IMG/VR virus record: IMGVR_UViG_3300001580_000017
Span: 1 to 64,000 of that record
Direction: 5' to 3' (one strand)
DNA length: 64,000 nucleotides
Source of the DNA: a virus
Lineage: Duplodnaviria; Caudoviricetes
Shown: piece by piece, positions 58,592-64,000 of the stretch
Layout of the letters: every line of letters starts with the position of its first letter
How positions within the stretch are numbered: position 1 is the first letter of the stretch
Notes under the pieces: model-generated
What the model was told of the DNA's origin: nothing
The model's database searches: none
The model's input: the letters and a program-made list of their open reading frames with translations, nothing else
Program-made: the position numbers and the translations under genes

Positions 58592-60082
58592 TTAATTCAT
58601 TCCTTTTAGTAATTTATCTATTTCGTGTATAACCAATTCCAGTTCATTTGCTTTCTTTTTTGCATCTTTTCTGATATTGAACATGTCCTTTACTCTTTTC
58701 GGTAAGATTCCTTTCTTATCTTGCTTATAAAATTCTCCGTTGGGTGTCATCGTGAGATTATGAGATTTTAATACACCACTGAAATTTGTTCTAAAACTTT
58801 CATCATTTGCGAATTTATCCAAAAGAATAGTGAGCATATCCAAAGTGTTTTGTTTTCCTCCACCAGCATAGTTTATAGCTTTTCTTATTTCCCATAGATC
58901 AGGTGTAAGTTCGTTATCTTTTACTATAGTTTCCGGAGAAATATTTGACTGCATAATTTGATGGGGATGAGCAGAGATTATATCTGGGATGATAACATTA
59001 AAATATCTTCCTCTAACAAATCTTCCAACATGACCACCAGCAATTCCAACACGAGGATATTTTTCTTGTGGGATCATTTCGCCATTGTTTAAACAGTAGT
59101 TGTATAAATCGCCACTCCAAAGTTTTATGGCACTCGTGCAATCAGAGGGAAGAACCATCATACTATTAGACAGAAGCATAACCATATCGAGAATGTGTCG
59201 TTTCTTTTCTATGTTGACCATTAAACGAACATCGTGAATATTATAATCAATGAAATGTTCAAAATCATTTTCATATAGATCATGTAATGTTCCGTCATAT
59301 TCAATTTTTTTCTCTCCAAGCTCCGCACTTGCTGCGTCATTTAAAGAATAAAATACTGTATTATTTATTCCTGAAAAATGCATATACAGTTTCATGTAAT
59401 CAAGAATTTGAATCGTATAAATTTTCTTCGTGTATTGATTTATGTTCCCGTCACACCAATTTCTTATTATAGGAGAAATGTTATAGTATTTATTCAACAT
59501 TCTTGTGGTCAAATAGGTAATATCAAAATCATCACTGTTCCAACCAATCAACATCTGAATTTGTTTTTGTTCTAAAAGTTTACACATCAGTTCCAAAAGA
59601 TGTTGTTCATCTACCGCTTCTCTGTAAACTGATTTATTGTTTTTCGGTTTATAATCTTTTAGAGAAAAAGTGATATAAACATCTTTATCGAATGTGTAGA
59701 ATGTTATAGCATTTACGGGGTATAAAGCATCTTTCGGTTTGGGAAATTTATCAGGTGTGTCAACCTCAATATCAAAAAACCAAGCATCTGGTGTTGATAC
59801 AATTTGTTCGTTTTTTCCAAATTTGTGACTAATGAATTGATATTTTGGGGCTATAACTCCGCTCAAATTAGAATGTTCTTTGATGTACTTATTGTATTCA
59901 TAAGAATTATTAAATTCTAATTTATCTACGGCTTTACCATAAATATCTTTTAACTGACCGATTGGTGAATGTTCTCCAACTATGGGTTTAAATCTTTCGC
60001 TTGAGAGTATAGTTTTGTTTAAGTTTTCATCCTTATAACTATACCACATTCTACCATTTTTTTCATATACATTTAAATAAAT
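58592..60082 (-). CDS. gp43: Family B DNA polymerase, N-terminal half (gp43A-like); possible AUU start at 60082, first ATG at 60049
   Basis: DIE, WNSDDFD, YNIHD exonuclease motifs; motif A DIISAHP; ends in the fingers, with no KxxxNSxYG or YxDTDS. Confidence 0.85.
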   Translation of the reverse strand: MYLNVYEKNGRMWYSYKDENLNKTILSSERFKPIVGEHSPIGQLKDIYGKAVDKLEFNNSYEYNKYIKEHSNLSGVIAPKYQFISHKFGKNEQIVSTPDAWFFDIEVDTPDKFPKPKDALYPVNAITFYTFDKDVYITFSLKDYKPKNNKSVYREAVDEQHLLELMCKLLEQKQIQMLIGWNSDDFDITYLTTRMLNKYYNISPIIRNWCDGNINQYTKKIYTIQILDYMKLYMHFSGINNTVFYSLNDAASAELGEKKIEYDGTLHDLYENDFEHFIDYNIHDVRLMVNIEKKRHILDMVMLLSNSMMVLPSDCTSAIKLWSGDLYNYCLNNGEMIPQEKYPRVGIAGGHVGRFVRGRYFNVIIPDIISAHPHQIMQSNISPETIVKDNELTPDLWEIRKAINYAGGGKQNTLDMLTILLDKFANDESFRTNFSGVLKSHNLTMTPNGEFYKQDKKGILPKRVKDMFNIRKDAKKKANELELVIHEIDKLLKGMN

Positions 60083-60108
60083 TTTAAACCTCCATCATTT
60101 ACAAACCA

Positions 60109-60137
60109 AAGTTAAAGCAAATTTTTATCTTTGTCAA
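60109..60137 (-). promoter_or_regulatory. sigma70-like promoter
   Basis: TTGACA-N17-TAACTT. Confidence 0.75.
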
Positions 60138-60146
60138 TAGTTATTT

Positions 60147-61712
60147 TTACAATAAATCCAAAAAAGTTGGTTTGGCTACCGAATCAATGAAAGATAAAAT
60201 ATGAGAAATAACTTTTATAGTCCATCCGTTTCCCATCAATTTGTATCTGTTAGTTTCTGCCACATTAGCTATAACATAATCAGTAAAATACATATCATAG
60301 AAACCATATAGAGCTTCATTATCTTCTCTTGGTATGATAAACTTCTTTGATGGTTTTTTATCAGTATAAACACCATATAAAGTATAATTATCAGGAACAG
60401 TTTGCAATCTTTCACATTCAAGGGGTGTTAATCTTCTAACTGATTTATTTTGAATAACAGATTGACCCGCTATAGATGTACGACAATGAGGAGTAGTTCC
60501 CAAAGTTTTTGCTTTCTCATCATCTTTTATTGTGTTATTATAATGATCAATTACATTTGCTTTGTTGTCATCATCTAATATTAAATGATTACATCTTGGT
60601 GACATAGCATGAAGTGTAGGATATTTATCTTCTTCTGTTATTTTTTCTTCTTTGTATCCATGAGGAATATGATATAAACCGGTCTTAGCACCCATTCCAC
60701 CAGCAGTTCCAATTAAAGTAACACTTTTTTCTTCTATATCATAAACACGACACCCCTGACTGTTTTTATGTGTCATTATCAGATTGTCTTTTGTTATCGT
60801 TGTCAAAGCATTTGTTTTTTCATCAAAGCGAGGTTCAAGCTGTTGTATATTTTTTCTTTGTTCTTGAATTTCTCCACTTTCATGGGCTTTTCTTATTTCT
60901 TTTCCATATAATGTTCTTTTCGGAGATAGACAAGCTTGTTCTCTTCCTCTGCTTGCTACACAGATGGCATCTTCTTCTCTATTGGTACAAATCAAATCAG
61001 CCGTTCCTCCACCACCAATTTTTAAGGTATCCATTTTATCAGTGTTATCAACATCTCGGAATTTTGCAGAAAATCCCCTGCTGTTTTCAACTTGTCTTTC
61101 GTTGTATTTGAATAATGCATTTAAAGTTTTATCACTCAAATAATATCTATCATCAGCATTCTGTTCAAGTATATCTTTTAATTTTATTCCCTGATCTTCC
61201 GGTTGCTGAATATTTGGGATATTTGTCCAGTAGAGTCGCTGCCTATTTTGTGCGCTTAAATTTGAACTGTTTATCAAAATGGGTTCTACTCCCATATAAT
61301 CGGTTATTTGCTGTTCCCATTCCTTTTTCATTTTGACATTTTCTAATAAAAAATATTTGGGTTTTAATTCTTTTAATAATCGGAGATATTCAAAGAATAA
61401 ACTACTATCTTTTCCTTCTAATCCTCCACCAAGAGAATTGGCATTTGAAAGCTGCGTGCAAGGCGATCCCCCCATCAGCAGGTCAATTACAGGAAGATTT
61501 TCAGCATTTAATTTTGTAACATCACCAAGTTGAACAGTTTCGGGAAAATTAAAATTTGTTACCGCTATTGCATGGGTATCAATTTCCGAAGCATAGTATT
61601 TACAATATTTTATTCCAAGATCATTTAGTGCAAGTTGACCCCCGGAACAACCATCAAATAAACTCAGAACATTTCTTACATAAATTTTATCAATTTTTTC
61701 TACTTCAATCAT
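60147..61712 (-). CDS. C5-cytosine DNA methyltransferase with long variable region
   Basis: SLFDG, GSPC, ENV, QNRQR, RRLTPLECERLQ, GNGW; ends TFLDLL. Confidence 0.93.
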   Translation of the reverse strand: MIEVEKIDKIYVRNVLSLFDGCSGGQLALNDLGIKYCKYYASEIDTHAIAVTNFNFPETVQLGDVTKLNAENLPVIDLLMGGSPCTQLSNANSLGGGLEGKDSSLFFEYLRLLKELKPKYFLLENVKMKKEWEQQITDYMGVEPILINSSNLSAQNRQRLYWTNIPNIQQPEDQGIKLKDILEQNADDRYYLSDKTLNALFKYNERQVENSRGFSAKFRDVDNTDKMDTLKIGGGGTADLICTNREEDAICVASRGREQACLSPKRTLYGKEIRKAHESGEIQEQRKNIQQLEPRFDEKTNALTTITKDNLIMTHKNSQGCRVYDIEEKSVTLIGTAGGMGAKTGLYHIPHGYKEEKITEEDKYPTLHAMSPRCNHLILDDDNKANVIDHYNNTIKDDEKAKTLGTTPHCRTSIAGQSVIQNKSVRRLTPLECERLQTVPDNYTLYGVYTDKKPSKKFIIPREDNEALYGFYDMYFTDYVIANVAETNRYKLMGNGWTIKVISHILSFIDSVAKPTFLDLL

Positions 61713-62008
61713 TTATCTGTGCTCCCAATTCCACCGGTTCTTTCTTCTACTGTTTCGTCACCATCAGCCACTAAATACTTCTCAAAAACTCCTTGAGCTA
61801 TTTTTTCTCCTTTGGTTATTAATCTTGGACATTTACCAAAATTATGTAATGCTACGGCGATGTTCCCGTTGTTATTTTCGTTGTTATGATAATCACAATT
61901 ATGCAGACATAAATTATTTCCAAAAAAATTGTGATTTTTATCAACATTAATGTGATAAATTGGTTCAGTTGTCGTTTGTTTAATTTCTTTGATTTTCACA
62001 AATTTCAT
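61709..62008 (-). CDS. dut: Split-intein C-fragment (37 aa) fused to dUTPase C-extein (62 aa)
   Basis: MKFVKIKEI...NHNFFGNNLCLHN|CDY...KIAQG...RTGGIGST. Confidence 0.9.
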   Translation of the reverse strand: MKFVKIKEIKQTTTEPIYHINVDKNHNFFGNNLCLHNCDYHNNENNNGNIAVALHNFGKCPRLITKGEKIAQGVFEKYLVADGDETVEERTGGIGSTDK

Positions 62009-63032
62009 TTATTTTCTCCTTTAATTTAATTATGTATTCTTCTTTTTCTTCAAAATCATTTTCCCATAAGACTAATACTATATATCCCATATTTTGTAAA
62101 AATAATTTTTTCTGATTATCGTATTCCCAAATATCTGATGCGGTCTTTTGTATTTTAGAATGAAAATAACTCGCATCATATATTACCGGATTACAATGCC
62201 AATAATCACCATTACATTCAATAATAATTTTTTTATCTAACAAACAAATATCAACAAATAATTTTCGAGTTTCATTTTTAACACACATCTCTACCTCAAC
62301 ATTGAATCCGTGCTCTTTTAATTTATCAAATATATATTTTTGCCATTTTGATATTCTTTTTGCACCAAATCTCTTATTGCTACACACAAGAGAACAATAT
62401 GTATGATTTTCACATTTTGTAGTTGTAAATTCATTATTACATGTTGGGCAAATTTTAATCAATCTTCCGATATCGTGTTTACATTTTTTAGAACAAAAAC
62501 TTACATTTTTTCTATATGGGTGAACTTCAAAAATATTTTTACACACTATACACACTTTTTTTATTAATCTCTTTTCTTGGTTTGATTGAAATTTTAAATC
62601 CTTGTGTTTTTGCCTGTATGCTGACCAACAAGCAATTGAGCAACATCTTTGATTTGCATTTTGTGAATATACAGTAAATAGATTACCGCAGTTAATACAA
62701 TTTCTTTTAACTGGAGGAACACGGTTGTTTTTGCCACTACAGATTTTGCTACAAAATTTTTTATTTTTAGTTTCTTTGCCACATTTATAACAGAATCGTG
62801 TTTTGCTGCGGTTATAACACGAGACGGAACAATATTTTTTAGATTTATCCCATTCTGTAACTTTGAACATGGTATCACAAAATAAACATTTTTTAATTTC
62901 ATTGTGTGGAGATTTGTGTTCCCAATAACACGCGGTTGAACAATAATTTGCTGTGTTTTTTCTGTATAACGGCACATAAAATTCATTTCCACATCCAATA
63001 CAAGATTTTGTTACTCCATTTTTCGCACTCAT
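61980..63032 (-). CDS. Free-standing homing endonuclease: Cys repeats plus Vsr/DUF559-like nuclease
   Basis: Repeated CxxC...[FY]CSxxC; VDI...IIECNGDYWH...GYIVLVLWE. Confidence 0.85.
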   Translation of the reverse strand: MSAKNGVTKSCIGCGNEFYVPLYRKNTANYCSTACYWEHKSPHNEIKKCLFCDTMFKVTEWDKSKKYCSVSCYNRSKTRFCYKCGKETKNKKFCSKICSGKNNRVPPVKRNCINCGNLFTVYSQNANQRCCSIACWSAYRQKHKDLKFQSNQEKRLIKKVCIVCKNIFEVHPYRKNVSFCSKKCKHDIGRLIKICPTCNNEFTTTKCENHTYCSLVCSNKRFGAKRISKWQKYIFDKLKEHGFNVEVEMCVKNETRKLFVDICLLDKKIIIECNGDYWHCNPVIYDASYFHSKIQKTASDIWEYDNQKKLFLQNMGYIVLVLWENDFEEKEEYIIKLKEKINEICENQRN

Positions 63033-63065
63033 ATATTTCCTTTATTTTTAATATTATAACAATAT

Positions 63066-63073
63066 TATTTATA
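63066..63073 (-). promoter_or_regulatory. Late promoter TATAAATA for the endonuclease and IntC
   Basis: Exact octamer between dut-N and the endonuclease. Confidence 0.75.
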
Positions 63074-63092
63074 AAAGAAATATAGCGGTAAA

Positions 63093-63683
63093 CTAAAATT
63101 TTAAAACTTTATCGCAAATTGTCAAATTTTTAATTTTTATCCATCCTCGTTCTGTATATATTTCTTTGTTCTCTGGTAATTTTATTTTGTCACCTTCTTC
63201 TGTTTCTATTTCTATTAGCGGCAAATCATTAACTATCCATATATCAGTTATCATATCTTCTTCTACTTCTTTTTCCTCCTCATTAAAAGAAAAAATTATC
63301 TCAGGGACATTACTATCAAAAATATCTTCTATTTTTTTATTTCCGTTGGGTGTGGTTATATTTGTTCCTTTCGGTACACAATCCACTATACCAGTGCCAT
63401 TGGCAAGTCTCAATTGTCTCTTGATTCCCAAAGAACTTCTCGAATAAATTTTAAGAACTTCATCATCTTGCATTTTACAACAAACATCTGTCCAAGTTAT
63501 AACTGTTTCACCCGGAGGAATTTCAATATCTTCCACAAGGAAAAAATCATATCCAGCGGAATTTTTACTTCCTCTTTTCGGTAGAATTATTTCCGCATTT
63601 GGAAATTTTCTAAATTTATCCGAAACCACATAAAATTTTCTATTAATTTGTTTGTATATTTCTTTTTCGCTCATATACGCCAT
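63093..63683 (-). CDS. dut: dUTPase N-extein (101 aa) fused to split-intein N-fragment (95 aa)
   Basis: AGYDF, SRSS, GIVD|CVPKGTNITTPNGNKKIEDI...TERGWIKIKNL. Confidence 0.9.
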   Translation of the reverse strand: MAYMSEKEIYKQINRKFYVVSDKFRKFPNAEIILPKRGSKNSAGYDFFLVEDIEIPPGETVITWTDVCCKMQDDEVLKIYSRSSLGIKRQLRLANGTGIVDCVPKGTNITTPNGNKKIEDIFDSNVPEIIFSFNEEEKEVEEDMITDIWIVNDLPLIEIETEEGDKIKLPENKEIYTERGWIKIKNLTICDKVLKF

Positions 63684-64000
63684 CCATTAATTTAGTTATA
63701 CTGAATTTATTTTCATCTTCTTTTCCAACGACCAAATAACCAAAAACGAGTATTCTGTTATCTGGATCATATACACATTTTTCTTGTACGGAATAAACCT
63801 CAACCATATCAGAATAATCTAATCTTTGATTTATTTTATTAATCCAAAAATTTCTTTCTTCTTCCGGTAAATTATGAAGTTTATCTGATTCCAAAAAATT
63901 CTTGTCTATCCATTTTTTTAATCTTTTTTCTTCTCTATCTGTTGCTGTGAAGATATCTATCTTTTTGTCATATCTTCTTATTTTACTAGGATAACGATTT
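63643..64000 (-). CDS. Hypothetical protein, partial (starts beyond the window end)
   Basis: Frame of the track ORF stays open to position 63999. Confidence 0.6.
   Translation of the reverse strand, partial: NRYPSKIRRYDKKIDIFTATDREEKRLKKWIDKNFLESDKLHNLPEEERNFWINKINQRLDYSDMVEVYSVQEKCVYDPDNRILVFGYLVVGKEDENKFSITKLMDGVYERKRNIQTN

Noticed and set aside
134-61774. Numerous short plus-strand ORFs opposite long minus-strand genes (for example 134..352, 7244..7654, 18501..18890, 43674..43946)
   Set aside because: Antisense shadows without SD or promoter, and low-complexity Phe/Ile/Ser composition
63885-63915. Apparent frameshift joining MDRQEF to the last ORF
   Set aside because: The ORF frame is open to the window edge, so it is simply a partial gene
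1-64000. Stop-codon reassignment
   Set aside because: Conserved genes are full length in the standard code, and TAA, TAG and TGA all end genes
1-64000. tRNA or rRNA genes
   Set aside because: No cloverleaf or T-loop signature noticed in the few intergenic gaps; tRNAscan would be needed to exclude them formally

Overview
A very AT-rich segment of a large T4-like (myovirus-type) phage genome. Most genes are on the minus strand. It carries neck and baseplate genes (gp13, gp14, gp26, gp27, gp29-like, gp48, gp51, gp53, gp54-like, a gp5 OB-fold), replication and recombination genes (gp41, UvsX, UvsY, UvsW, gp44, gp32, an N-terminal half of family-B polymerase, NAD ligase, class II RNR, RuvC-like resolvase), an M15 endolysin, three TnpB-family genes and several homing-type endonucleases. 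Two promoter classes are readable by eye: sigma70-like TTGACA-N17-TAnnnT and T4 late TATAAATA. Main findings: (1) a dUTPase gene fractured by a naturally split intein with atypical catalytic residues, with a free-standing endonuclease between the halves; (2) twin ~68-nt promoter-to-terminator RNAs exposing an anti-Shine-Dalgarno loop, plus a phage Hfq-like gene; (3) a shared clamp-binding-like C-terminal tag on a probably multispecific C5 methyltransferase and a PAPS-reductase-like protein; (4) many late genes with capsid-targeting-like leaders, including kinase-, ART- and ParB-like domains; (5) TnpBs without intact transposase, each under a late promoter; (6) a polymerase with a Tyr-to-His steric-gate change. 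All family assignments come from motif recognition by eye; no database searches were run.
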